NCBI RefSeq assembly: GCF_019710635.1
Contig: NZ_JAIFZS010000057.1
Location: 3,775-35,774, forward strand
Direction: 5' to 3'
From: Mycolicibacterium xanthum
Lineage (GTDB): Bacteria > Actinomycetota > Actinomycetes > Mycobacteriales > Mycobacteriaceae
DNA: 32,000 bases
The notes beneath the pieces are model-generated. The model saw nothing but the letters and a program-made list of their open reading frames with translations. It did no database searches and had not been told where the DNA came from. The position numbers and the translations under genes are program-made. Position 1 is the first letter of the stretch; each line of letters opens with the position of its first letter. Below are positions 1 to 8,958 of the stretch, one piece after another.

Positions 1-160
1 CCTGATCGCTGCCTGTTGTGTACGAGTCGCCGATCACCGCGATCCGGTTGACCGCGTAGTCGAGGTGGCGTACCGCACGCTGCTGGACGTCCGGGAAGTG
101 CGCGATGAACAGGCCGAACACCACGGCGGCGCAGAGCACGAAGGAGAACAACCGACTCAC
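1..160 (-). CDS. SGNH/GDSL-type hydrolase, N-terminal part only (truncated by window edge)
   Basis: Manual minus-strand translation from GTG at 160: MSRLFSFVLCAAVVFGLFIAHFPDVQQRAVRHLDYAVNRIAVIGDSYTTGSDQ. Signal anchor plus the GDS(Y) block I motif. Confidence 0.6.
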   Translation of the reverse strand, partial: MSRLFSFVLCAAVVFGLFIAHFPDVQQRAVRHLDYAVNRIAVIGDSYTTGSDQ

Positions 161-219
161 TGGACCAGCCTAGGTGGCGCGCCGGGGCGCTTGCATTCGA
201 CGCGCCGTGCCCGCCAACG

Positions 220-1488
220 TCATCCGGCCCGCGCGGCGACCGACTGCAGGTGGCCCTGCGGCGCACTCTCGGGCCGGTCGGCCGGTGGCCGGTTGGGACG
301 AACCATCCGCCGCATCCAGTGCCGGGCGGGTTCCTCCACGAAGTGGTAGAGCACCGCGGCCAGCGCACCCGCCAGCAGGATCAGCCCGACCAAGGTCAGC
401 TTGGCGGTCCAGCTCGGCTCCAGCGTGATACCGAACTGAAGGGCCGTCCAATTCCAGGCGGTGTGCACGATCTCGTGAATCATGTACAGGCTGAACGAGA
501 TGTGACCGAGGTAGACCATCACCCGCGTCGACAGCAGCGCCGGCAGCGTGCCGACACCGATGGCCAATGTGACGACCAGCGGGAGGAACAGTACGTCGAC
601 CAGGCCGCCGGCGTCGTAGATCGTCGTCTTCGGAATGTTGTCCAACAGGTACAGCCCGCCGACGATGCCGACGCCCAGCAGCAGCGCCCCCACCCCGGCG
701 GCCTGCCGGCCGCGGTCGGTGATCCGCAGCCGGCGGACCGCCGCGCAGGCCAGCGCACCGGCGATGAACTGCATGACGATGCGGGGCAGCCAGCTCCACG
801 GTGTGTAGAACACGCCGCTGGCCAGCAGGAACAGCGTGGGGACCAGGGCCGCGACCAGTGCGAGCAGCAGCAGTCCGCGCGCCCGGGTGGCCGAGGCGAT
901 CCGGAACACCACCAGGACCAGTGCGCCGAACAGCAGGTAGGCCAGCCACTCGGCGCTGATCGACCAGGCCGGGCCGTCCCAGCTCGAACGGTCGAAGAAC
1001 GGCTGGAACCACAGCTGGACCAGCAGGAACTGACGGAGCCAGCTGATCGCGGTGAGCTGATCGACGTCGGGTGACGGCCAGTCCCCGACGTAGAGAGTGA
1101 ACAGGATCCAGGCCGCCGCGAGGTGCATGGTCACCAGGTACACCGGCCATACCCGGGCCAGCCGCAGCCAGAGGAATTGCAGGGTGGACCGGGTCGACCA
1201 GGACTCCCCCATCCGGTCCAGATAGTTCCAGGTCAGCACGAAGCCGCTCAGGATGAAGAACAGGTCGACGCCCTGCGCGCCGGCGTCCAGAACCGGTGCC
1301 AGCGTGTCGCTACACGGCGGGGAGGCCTGCGCCAGCAGCGGCCGGAAGTGGAACAGGACGACCCACACGGCGGCGACGATGCGCAAGCCGGACAGGGCTC
1401 TGATCTCTCCGGTGGGCACACGGCTCTTTTCGTCGGGACTCGCGGCGTCGATGATGCCGGTCGATGGCGGGACAGACGGCACGGGCAC
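220..1488 (-). CDS. Acyltransferase family 3 (OafA/YrhL-like) integral membrane protein
   Basis: 422 aa ORF with multiple TM segments; 'ALSGLRIVAAVWVVLFHFRP', 'DLFFILSGFVL', 'WSISAEWLAYL' and 'YLGHISFSLYMIHEIV' are typical. The exact start is uncertain. Confidence 0.9.
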   Translation of the reverse strand: MPVPSVPPSTGIIDAASPDEKSRVPTGEIRALSGLRIVAAVWVVLFHFRPLLAQASPPCSDTLAPVLDAGAQGVDLFFILSGFVLTWNYLDRMGESWSTRSTLQFLWLRLARVWPVYLVTMHLAAAWILFTLYVGDWPSPDVDQLTAISWLRQFLLVQLWFQPFFDRSSWDGPAWSISAEWLAYLLFGALVLVVFRIASATRARGLLLLALVAALVPTLFLLASGVFYTPWSWLPRIVMQFIAGALACAAVRRLRITDRGRQAAGVGALLLGVGIVGGLYLLDNIPKTTIYDAGGLVDVLFLPLVVTLAIGVGTLPALLSTRVMVYLGHISFSLYMIHEIVHTAWNWTALQFGITLEPSWTAKLTLVGLILLAGALAAVLYHFVEEPARHWMRRMVRPNRPPADRPESAPQGHLQSVAARAG

Positions 1489-1677
1489 TGGCCGCCTCCC
1501 CCGGACCAGGCGCCGGCGGCCGGTCGCAGATTACCAGCGCCACGAGGGCGCAGGCGGCCCGCAACGCCGGTGCCGACCGTTCGCTGGCCGGCCGGACGCC
1601 CGGGTACTCTGCAGAGATCGTCACTCGAGCGCACCGGCCTGCGACACACCCGCGAGCCGACCAGAAGCACAGGGTCC

Positions 1678-2862
1678 ATGAGCGCCCACGATGACCACGA
1701 GTCGTTGTGCGTGCTGCTGGTCGAAGACGATCGGGCCGACGCCATCCTGGTGGAGGAGTTGATCGCCGATTCGGGCGTCGACATGCGGGTCGACTGGGCG
1801 GCGACGATGGCCGATGCGGAACGCGCGCTCGCCGCAACCCGGCCCGACTGCGTCCTGCTGGACCTGCACCTGCACGACACCGTCGGCATCGACGGTCTGA
1901 CCCGCATCGCCGCCAGGGACGCCACACTGCCGATCGTCGTGCTGACCGGCCTGAACGACGAACATTTCGGCGTCTCGGCGGTGGCGTCCGGGGCGCAGGA
2001 CTACCTGGTGAAGGGCCGGGTCGATCCGGAGATGCTGCGCCGCGCGGTGCTCTATGCGATCGAGCGCAAGCGGGCCGAGCTCACGGCGGTCGACCTGCAC
2101 GCCAGCCAGTTGCGGGCGCGGGAGAACGCCCGCCTGGAGCGTGGGCTGCTGCCCTCCCCGCTGCTGCTCGACGATCCCGGCGTCGAGATCGTCACTCAGT
2201 ACCGGCCCAGCCGGGAGAACGCTCTGCTCGGCGGCGATTTCTACGATTTCGTGCAGACCCCGGACCGCACCGTGCACGTGATGATCGGCGATGTCGCCGG
2301 CCACGGCGCCGACGAGGCCGCGCTGGGTGTCGCATTGCGGATCGCCTGGCGGGCGCTGACGTTCGCCGGTCTGCGCGGCTCCGACCGGATGCGGCAGCTC
2401 GAACGGATCCTGCGTGCCGAGCGGGCCGGCAAGGGCATCTTCGCCACCGTCCTGAGTCTGGCGATACCGCCCGACGGGCCGACGATCACCGCGGTGCGGG
2501 CCGGCCATCCCGGCATGCTGCTGCACGGTGGCGGCACCGTCGAGTGGGTGGAGCCGCCGGGCGGTCCCGCGCTGGGGCTGCACGCGGGAGATTGGGCGCC
2601 CCAACAGGTGCCGTTGCCCGAGGGCAAGGGGTTGGTGCTGCTCACCGACGGGCTCTTCGAGGGCCACGTGGGGCGCGGCAACGAGCGGCTCGGCGAACAG
2701 GGATTGCTCGAACTGGCCCGATCGCTGGCTATGCTGCCCGGCCCGCAGTTCGTCGCCGCCCTCATCGACGCCGTCGAGGAGCGCGCCCAGTCGCACGGCG
2801 GGATCGGCGACGACATCGCCGTCGTCCGGGTCGAGCGGGTGCCTCGGGTGGCTCAGCGATGA
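1678..2862 (+). CDS. Response regulator receiver domain fused to PP2C-type (RsbU/SpoIIE-like) serine phosphatase
   Basis: In-frame ATG at 1678; 'LCVLLVEDDRADAILVEELI...DCVLLDLHLHDTVGIDGL' receiver; 'LLPSPLLLDDPGVEIVTQYRPSRENALLGGDFYDFV...VMIGDVAGHG' PP2C/SpoIIE. Confidence 0.92.
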   Translation: MSAHDDHESLCVLLVEDDRADAILVEELIADSGVDMRVDWAATMADAERALAATRPDCVLLDLHLHDTVGIDGLTRIAARDATLPIVVLTGLNDEHFGVSAVASGAQDYLVKGRVDPEMLRRAVLYAIERKRAELTAVDLHASQLRARENARLERGLLPSPLLLDDPGVEIVTQYRPSRENALLGGDFYDFVQTPDRTVHVMIGDVAGHGADEAALGVALRIAWRALTFAGLRGSDRMRQLERILRAERAGKGIFATVLSLAIPPDGPTITAVRAGHPGMLLHGGGTVEWVEPPGGPALGLHAGDWAPQQVPLPEGKGLVLLTDGLFEGHVGRGNERLGEQGLLELARSLAMLPGPQFVAALIDAVEERAQSHGGIGDDIAVVRVERVPRVAQR

Positions 2863-4451
2863 GCAGCCCCCGGAGGCGCCAGGTCCGCCAGCTGACCGTG
2901 CAGGGCTGGCAGTACCTGGTGTTCGCGGTGATGGGGGTGGTGGTGCTGGCCGGCGGCACCGCGGTGGCGGTGCTGCTCAACCGCACCGACCAGGTGTCCG
3001 GGCAACTCATCCGCCACATCCAGCCGGCCCGGGTGGCGGCCTACAAACTGCAGGCCGCGCTGCGCGACCAGGAGACCGCCGTGCGGGGCTACCTGATCGC
3101 CGCAGACAAGCGGTTTCTCGAGCCCTACTACGAGGGCCGGCAGGTCGAGCAGGAGGCCTCGGCGGAGATCCGCCAGCTCGAGCAGGATCGGCCCGATCTG
3201 CTCGATGATCTCGATGCCATCGAACTGGCCGCCGGCTCCTGGCGGACGAACTACGCCGATCCGTTGATCGCCGGGGTGGACCCGGGCGATCCGAGCCTGG
3301 TGTCGCCCAGTGCCGCCCAGCAGGGCAAGGTCGAGTTCGACCGCCTGCGCGTGCTGTTCGACGTCCAGAACGAGCACCTCGACGGGGCCAGGACCGACGC
3401 CATCGGCGAGCTCGACCAGATGAGAACCTGGCGCAACGGGGTGCTGCTGGCGATGCTCGGCGCGTTCGTGGTCACGATGCTGTTGCTGGCGGTGCTGCTG
3501 CGTCGGGCGCTGGTACGCCCGCTGGCGGCACTGGCGAAGGCCTGCCGCAGCGTCGCGCAGGGCAACTTCGCCGAACGGATCGTCCCGCAGGGCCCCAGGG
3601 ACATCCGCGCGATCGCCGACGACGTCGAGAACATGCGGCAGCGCATCGTCGAGGAACTCGACGCCTCGCGCGCGGCCGCCGAAGCGCTCGACGTGCACGC
3701 CGAGGAACTGCGGCGGTCCAACGCCGAACTCGAGCAGTTCGCCTACGTCGCGTCACACGACCTGCAGGAACCCCTGCGCAAGGTGGCGTCGTTCTGTCAG
3801 CTGCTGGAGAAGCGGTACGGCGACGAACTCGACGAGCGCGGTCGCGAGTACATCCGCTTCGCCGTCGACGGGGCCAAACGCATGCAGGTGCTCATCAACG
3901 ACCTGCTGACGTTCTCGCGGGTGGGTCGGCTCAACGCCACCGAGGTCGAGGTCGGTCTGGACCGGGCGCTGGACAGTGCGCTGGGCAACCTGGAGACCTC
4001 GATGCAGGAGTCCGGTGCCGTCATCGAGCGACCGGCCGAGGGGCTGCCCGAGGTCAGCGGCGACCCCACCCTGCTGACGATGCTGTGGCAGAACCTGATC
4101 GGGAACGCGGTCAAGTTCCGCCGTGCCGGTATCGCACCGCGCATCCGGATCGAGTGCCGTCCGGAGTCCGACGACAGCGGACCACACTGGGCGCTGTCGG
4201 TGTCGGACAACGGGATCGGGATCGCGCCGGAGTTCACCGACAAGGTGTTCGTCATCTTCCAGCGGCTCCACGGCCGCGACGCCTACGGCGGCACCGGCAT
4301 CGGGCTGGCGCTGTGCAAGAAGATCGTCGAGCATCACGGCGGCACGATCTGGATCGACACCTCGTATACGGATGGAACCCGGTTCCGATTCACGCTGCCT
4401 GCCAGGGCGGATGACTCGGCCGATGCACTCCTGGAAGGATCGGCACCATGA
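2859..4451 (+). CDS. Membrane sensor histidine kinase (CHASE3-like extracytoplasmic domain, HAMP, HisKA, HATPase)
   Basis: ATG at 2859 overlaps the upstream TGA. TM, CHASE3-like 'LQAALRDQETAVRGYLIAADKRFLEPY', second TM, 'YVASHDLQEPLRKVASF' H-box, 'LWQNLIGNAVKF' N-box, 'GTGIGLALCKKIVEHHGG' G-box. Confidence 0.93.
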   Translation: MSSPRRRQVRQLTVQGWQYLVFAVMGVVVLAGGTAVAVLLNRTDQVSGQLIRHIQPARVAAYKLQAALRDQETAVRGYLIAADKRFLEPYYEGRQVEQEASAEIRQLEQDRPDLLDDLDAIELAAGSWRTNYADPLIAGVDPGDPSLVSPSAAQQGKVEFDRLRVLFDVQNEHLDGARTDAIGELDQMRTWRNGVLLAMLGAFVVTMLLLAVLLRRALVRPLAALAKACRSVAQGNFAERIVPQGPRDIRAIADDVENMRQRIVEELDASRAAAEALDVHAEELRRSNAELEQFAYVASHDLQEPLRKVASFCQLLEKRYGDELDERGREYIRFAVDGAKRMQVLINDLLTFSRVGRLNATEVEVGLDRALDSALGNLETSMQESGAVIERPAEGLPEVSGDPTLLTMLWQNLIGNAVKFRRAGIAPRIRIECRPESDDSGPHWALSVSDNGIGIAPEFTDKVFVIFQRLHGRDAYGGTGIGLALCKKIVEHHGGTIWIDTSYTDGTRFRFTLPARADDSADALLEGSAP

Positions 4452-4888
4452 CACCCGCCGAACGCGCCATCGACGTGCTGCTCATCGAGGACGACCCAGG
4501 TGACGAGTTGATCACCCGGGAAGCGTTCGAGCACAACAAGATCAAGAACACGCTGCACGTGGCCCGGGACGGCGAGGAAGGGCTGGACTTTTTGTACCGG
4601 CGCGGTCCGTTCGAGGACGTCCCGCGGCCCGACCTGGTGCTACTGGACCTGAACCTGCCGAAGTACGACGGGCGTCAGCTGTTGGAGAAGATCAAGTCCG
4701 ATCCCGAGCTGAGTCACATCCCGGTGGTGGTGCTGACCACCTCGTCGGCCGAAGAGGACATCCTGCGCAGCTACAAGCTGCACGCCAACGCGTATGTGAC
4801 CAAGCCGGTCGATCTCGACCAGTTCATGAACGCCGTTCGTCAGATCGACGAGTTCTTCGTCCAGGTGGTGCGTCTCCCCCAGATCTGA
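4448..4888 (+). CDS. Single-domain response regulator (CheY/Rcp1-like)
   Basis: 146 aa; 'DVLLIEDDPGDELITREAF', 'PDLVLLDLNLPKYDG', 'VVVLTTSSAEEDI', 'VTKPVDLDQF'. Overlaps the kinase gene by ATGA. Confidence 0.93.
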   Translation: MTPAERAIDVLLIEDDPGDELITREAFEHNKIKNTLHVARDGEEGLDFLYRRGPFEDVPRPDLVLLDLNLPKYDGRQLLEKIKSDPELSHIPVVVLTTSSAEEDILRSYKLHANAYVTKPVDLDQFMNAVRQIDEFFVQVVRLPQI

Positions 4889-4909
4889 TCGTCGCCGGTC
4901 CGGCCGGGC

Positions 4910-6064
4910 GTGTGGCACGCTCGGAGCGTGGAGCTGCCGCGTCTCGATCCGGGACTTCCGTACCTGGCCGATGTCGCGCCGTCGGTGCTGGCCGCGATGG
5001 GCGTTGCGGGCTTCGAGCCCCGCATCGAGATCGCCCATGACGTCGCCGGTGCGTGCGTGCTGTTGATCGACGGCCTGGGCGCACAGCTGCTGGACGACCA
5101 CGCCGCGGACGCCCCGGTGCTCGCCGCGCTGGCGCGCCGCACGCTGCAGGTCGGTTTCCCGTCGACCACCGCCGCCGGTCTGGCGGCGGTGGGAACCGGC
5201 TGCCGGTCCGGTGAGCACGGCATGGTCGGGATGGCCTTCCGGCTTCCCGATGTCGGGGTGATCAACGCGCTGCGCTGGCGGCCCCAGCCGTGGGGTGCCG
5301 ACCTGCGCGAGCGGGCCGTCCCCGAATCGGTGCAACCCCGCCCTACGGTCTTCGAGCGGGCCCGGGCCGGCGGTGTGACCGTCAGCGTCGTCTCCGCCGC
5401 GCAGTTCGACGGCTCCGGCCTGACCAGGGCGGTGCTGCGCGGAGGCCGCTTCATCGGCGTGCATGCGCTGGGCGATCTCGCCGCCACCGTGAGCGCCGCG
5501 GTGGCCGGCGGTGGCTTCTGCTACGGCTATCACGCCGATCTGGACCTGGTCGGCCATCTGCACGGACCCGGTTCGCCGGCCTGGCGCATGCAGTTGCGCC
5601 AGGTCGACACGCTGGTGGAGTCGATCGTCGAGCGGCTGCCGGCCGGCGGGTTGCTGGCGGTGGTCGCCGACCACGGCATGGTGCGGATCGACGAGGCGGC
5701 GGCGATCGACCTCGACGCGAGCTCTCCCCTGCAGGACGGGGTGGCCGCCGTGGCCGGGGAGGTGCGTGCCCGGCACGTCTACGTCCGCGACGGCGCGCTC
5801 GGCGACGTGCTGGCCGGGTGGCGGGCCGTTCTCGGCGACCGGGCGTGGGTGTGCACCGGTGACGAGGCGATCGAGGCGGGCTGGTTCGGCGAGCGGGTCG
5901 ACGACGCCGTGCGGCCCCGCATCGGGGATGTGGTGGTGGCTGCCCGCGGGGCCTCGGGGGTGCTGCGCAGGACGGCCGAGCCGATCGAGTCCGCCATGGT
6001 CGGGCAGCACGGTTCGGTGACCGAAGCCGAGCAACGGATCCCGTTGCTGCTCGCGCAACGTTGA
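4910..6064 (+). CDS. Alkaline phosphatase family protein / nucleotide pyrophosphatase-phosphodiesterase-like
   Basis: 384 aa ORF; 'VLLIDGLGAQLL', 'FPSTTAAGLAAVGTG...GEHGMVGMAF', 'YHADLDLVGHLHGPGSPAW', 'LLAVVADHGMV'. The start may be a downstream GTG. Confidence 0.82.
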   Translation: MWHARSVELPRLDPGLPYLADVAPSVLAAMGVAGFEPRIEIAHDVAGACVLLIDGLGAQLLDDHAADAPVLAALARRTLQVGFPSTTAAGLAAVGTGCRSGEHGMVGMAFRLPDVGVINALRWRPQPWGADLRERAVPESVQPRPTVFERARAGGVTVSVVSAAQFDGSGLTRAVLRGGRFIGVHALGDLAATVSAAVAGGGFCYGYHADLDLVGHLHGPGSPAWRMQLRQVDTLVESIVERLPAGGLLAVVADHGMVRIDEAAAIDLDASSPLQDGVAAVAGEVRARHVYVRDGALGDVLAGWRAVLGDRAWVCTGDEAIEAGWFGERVDDAVRPRIGDVVVAARGASGVLRRTAEPIESAMVGQHGSVTEAEQRIPLLLAQR

Positions 6065-6275
6065 GGTGGCCCACCAGCGGCTTTCGCCTACCGCCTAGCG
6101 ATCGAAAATCACTGATGGATAACGTTATTAACCATCGTGGCAACGGTTGGATATCTTTAGGCCAAAGTGCGATCCGGACAATGGGTTTCGCAAAGTGACG
6201 TGAGTTACGCCGCGGAATGTGCTCGCGATCACAGATTTTGGTGGGTTTTAGAGACCTCTGTTAACGTCCGGCTGC

Positions 6276-6872
6276 ATGTTTGCTCTCGCAACTCTCTTGA
6301 CGCTCGTCAACCAGGTGTCGGGCACGCCCTACATCTCGGGCGGTGACTCGCCGGCGGGTACGGACTGCTCGGGTCTGGTGTCCTGGGTCGCCAACGCCGC
6401 GACCGGCCGGCCGGTGTACGGAGACCGGTTCAACACCGGCAACATCGAACGCGCGCTGCTCGATCGCGGCTTCAGATACGGGACGCAGCCCGGTGCGCTG
6501 GTGGTCGGCTGGAACCGCGGACACACCGCCGCGACGCTGCCCGACGGCACCCCGGTCTCGTCCGGCGAAGGCGGACGCGGAGTCCGGGTCGGTGGTGGCG
6601 GCGCCTATCAGAACCAGTTCACCAATCACATGTTCCTGCCGATGCCGCCCGACCAGCCACCCGCGGCCGATCCCCTGCTGACGCCGCCGATGGCTGTGCC
6701 GCCGGTCACGATGGGGCTTCCGGCACCCCCGCCGCCGGCCCCGGACCCCCTGGCGACGCCGCAGCCGGCACCCGGGGCGCCCGTCGCGCTGATGGCGGCC
6801 GACGTCCCGGCGCTACCCGCCCCCGTGCCCTCGCCGGAGGCCCCGCTGCCCCCGCCGCCGGGAGTCGCCTGA
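6276..6872 (+). CDS. NlpC/P60-like peptidoglycan hydrolase domain protein with Pro/Ala-rich C-terminal tail
   Basis: 'SGTPYISGGDSPAGTDCSGLVSWVANAATG' Cys-box; 'GHTAATLPDGT' as a likely His-box; C-terminal APPPPAPDP repeats. Confidence 0.7.
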   Translation: MFALATLLTLVNQVSGTPYISGGDSPAGTDCSGLVSWVANAATGRPVYGDRFNTGNIERALLDRGFRYGTQPGALVVGWNRGHTAATLPDGTPVSSGEGGRGVRVGGGGAYQNQFTNHMFLPMPPDQPPAADPLLTPPMAVPPVTMGLPAPPPPAPDPLATPQPAPGAPVALMAADVPALPAPVPSPEAPLPPPPGVA

Positions 6873-6895
6873 CCGCGCGCGCTACCGTCTGTGCC

Positions 6896-7642
6896 GTGAT
6901 CGTGCTGCTGCCGCCGTCGGAGACCAAACGTCCCGGCGGCGACGGGCCGGCGCTGGCCCTGGACTCGCTGAGCTCACCGGAGCTCAATCCGCTGCGCGCG
7001 GAGCTGGTGGCCGAGCTGGTCGAGTTGTCCGCCGACCGGTCCGCCAGTCGAGCGGCGCTGGGCATCTCGGCGGCCCAGGATGCCGAGATCGACCGCAACG
7101 CCGCGCTCTACACCACGCCGACCATGCCGGCCCTGCGCCGCTACACCGGCGTGCTCTACGACGCGCTGGACGTCGAGTCGCTGCGGGGCGCGGCCGCCGA
7201 CCGGGCCCGGGCCCGGCTGGCAGTCGGTTCGGCGCTGTTCGGGTTGCTGCGGGCCGACGATCCGATCCCGACCTACCGGCTGTCTGCGACGTCACGGCTG
7301 CCCGGCCGGGGCACCCTGGCGGCCCGGTGGCGCCCGGTACTCGACCCCGTGCTGGCCGCCCTGGCCGACCGTGAACTCGTGGTCGACCTCCGGTCGGGAT
7401 CCTATGCCGCACTGGGCAAGGTGCCCGCCGCGGTCACCGTCGACGTCCTCGCCGAGCAGGCCGACGGGCGCCGGAGTGTGGTGAGCCACTTCAACAAGGC
7501 CCACAAGGGCCGGTTGGCCCGCGCGCTGGCCGGCACCAGGTCCGAACCCGGGGACGCCGCCGCGGTCGCGGCGGTGGCCCGTCGCGCCGGCCTGCGGGTC
7601 GAGCGACGGGACGACCACCTCACCGTCGTGGTCTCGGCCTGA
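6896..7642 (+). CDS. yaaA: Peroxide stress protein YaaA
   Basis: GTG start; 'MIVLLPPSETKRPGGDGPAL', 'YTGVLYDALD', 'VVDLRSGSYAAL', 'VSHFNKAHKGRLARAL' are typical of YaaA/DUF328. Confidence 0.9.
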   Translation: MIVLLPPSETKRPGGDGPALALDSLSSPELNPLRAELVAELVELSADRSASRAALGISAAQDAEIDRNAALYTTPTMPALRRYTGVLYDALDVESLRGAAADRARARLAVGSALFGLLRADDPIPTYRLSATSRLPGRGTLAARWRPVLDPVLAALADRELVVDLRSGSYAALGKVPAAVTVDVLAEQADGRRSVVSHFNKAHKGRLARALAGTRSEPGDAAAVAAVARRAGLRVERRDDHLTVVVSA

Positions 7643-7647
7643 GCCGA

Positions 7648-7667
7648 GCGGGCCCGCCGCGGCCCGC
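7648..7667 (+). terminator. GC-rich stem-loop just after yaaA
   Basis: GCGGGCC-cgccgc-GGCCCGC perfect 7-bp stem, 6 nt downstream of the stop; no T-run. Confidence 0.4.
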
Positions 7668-7707
7668 CCGTTGACGCGCGTGCGCCGACGGGAGAGACTG
7701 TGCGCCG

Positions 7708-7953
7708 ATGTCCACACTGCGGGTGTACCTGCGCATTCAGGCGATGATGTTCGTCTTCGGCCTCGTCGGCCCGATCTTCCTGGTCGTCTTCTTCGCCGCC
7801 CCGCCCGACCCCGAGATGCGCTGGATGTTCTGGTGGGGGCTGTTCATCACCGCCGCGGACATCCTGATCGCGCTGGTGGTCACCGATTCGACGGTGCGCA
7901 GCGAACGTGCCGTGGCCGCGGCCCACGCTCGCCAGGAAGCCGAGGACGGCTGA
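7708..7953 (+). CDS. Small membrane protein, hypothetical
   Basis: 81 aa with two predicted TM segments (MMFVFGLVGPIFLVVFFAA; MFWWGLFITAADILIALVV). Confidence 0.65.
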   Translation: MSTLRVYLRIQAMMFVFGLVGPIFLVVFFAAPPDPEMRWMFWWGLFITAADILIALVVTDSTVRSERAVAAAHARQEAEDG

Positions 7954-7956
7954 ACC

Positions 7957-8337
7957 ATGGGTTACCCCTATCCCGGCTACCCCGGTTATGGCCATCCCCC
8001 GCCGGCCCGGCCGCAGCGTTCCGGTGCCGACATGGCGATCTCGATCACGGTGCTGGTGTTCATCGTGGCACTCGGCGGGATCGCGGCGGTGATGGGCTTG
8101 TTCTCGGTGGCGTTCATCGACCACTGCCCACCGGCGACATGCAGCATCGAGGGCGCGGTGACCGCGGTGTTCACCTCGCTGCTGGTGGCCGGGGGCATCG
8201 GCGTCGCCGGCGTGGTGTTGACCATCGTGCAACTGGTCCGGCGCAGGACCGCCTGGCCGTTCGCGGTGGCAACCCTGGCGCTGTGCCTGATGACACTGTT
8301 CGTCGGCGCCGTGGGATATGTTGCCGCCGTGAGCTGA
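7957..8337 (+). CDS. DUF4190-like small membrane protein
   Basis: 126 aa; Pro/Tyr-rich N-terminus (GYPYPGYPGYGHPPP), then two or three hydrophobic segments. Confidence 0.65.
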   Translation: MGYPYPGYPGYGHPPPARPQRSGADMAISITVLVFIVALGGIAAVMGLFSVAFIDHCPPATCSIEGAVTAVFTSLLVAGGIGVAGVVLTIVQLVRRRTAWPFAVATLALCLMTLFVGAVGYVAAVS

Positions 8338-8417
8338 GGCACCGCCAGAAGTGCTGCACTGCAGCCTGTTTCGACGACGAGTTGCCGGATGCGACCGGCC
8401 GCTGGATGATCCGCGGC

Positions 8418-8835
8418 ATGGATAGTTCGACGGCGTTTGAACTCGCAGGCACCGATGCCCTCGGCCAGGCCGCGCTGGCCGCGGCCGGTGAGGTCTGCGC
8501 GGCCGAACTATTGGAGGCCGCGATCCTGCGACTGGAAGCCGGCCGGGATCTCAACGCCGTCATCGTCGACCTCTTCGAACGCGGCCGCGCGCAGGCCGCC
8601 GCCCTCGACACCGTCGGGGTGCTGCGGGACGGCTCGGCGGGCCCGCTGGCCGGAGTTCCCTTTCTGCTCAAGGACCTTGGCGCGTCGCTGGCGGGAACGC
8701 CCGAGCCGTCGCTGTTCGGTCCCACCGCCAACCCGTGGTCGCCGACGATCACCCCGGGCGCCTCCAGCGGAGGGTCGGCGGCCGCCGTCGCGCCCGGTAT
8801 CGTGCCCGCGGCCTCCGGTGGTGATGGTCGCGCGT
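8418..8835 (+). pseudogene. Amidase-signature family protein, N-terminal remnant (approximate homology boundary)
   Basis: 'GPLAGVPFLLKDLGASLAGTPEP', 'TPGASSGGSAAAVAPGIVPAASGGDG' match the amidase catalytic region. Similarity fades after GGDG; the open frame continues to 9002 without amidase features. Confidence 0.75.
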
Positions 8836-8895
8836 TCGGCATACCTTCAGCGGCCGGATCACTCCGACTGGCAATTACTCAAGGCGGGTTGAAAC

Positions 8896-8933
8896 GAATC
8901 CGCCCACCCCGGTATGTCGGGATGGGCGGATTC
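8896..8933 (-). terminator. Strong stem-loop, likely terminator of the small exported protein gene
   Basis: GAATCCGCCCAcCCCG-GTATGT-CGGGaTGGGCGGATTC, 16-bp arms with one mismatch, 25 nt past the minus-strand stop at 8959. Confidence 0.6.
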
Positions 8934-8958
8934 TCTGTGTGGTCCAAACGCCGAGCCG

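Noticed and set aside
1607-1616. CTCTGCAGAG palindrome and a GGGTA element in the acyltransferase/RR-PP2C divergent region as a SigF-type promoter
   Set aside because: GGGTA at 1602-1606 is present, but the -35 match is poor and its spacing is too long, so I do not call it.
1621-2796. 391-aa minus-strand ORF opposite the RR-PP2C gene
   Set aside because: Shadow ORF; the plus-strand frame encodes receiver and PP2C motifs.
4640-6058. 472-aa minus-strand ORF
   Set aside because: Antisense to the response regulator and phosphodiesterase-like genes; His/Gln/Arg-rich low-complexity translation typical of shadow frames.
6065-6275. ydaO (c-di-AMP) riboswitch upstream of the NlpC/P60-like gene
   Set aside because: Considered because such elements precede cell-wall hydrolase genes in actinobacteria, but I could not match the conserved core. 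An Infernal search would be needed.
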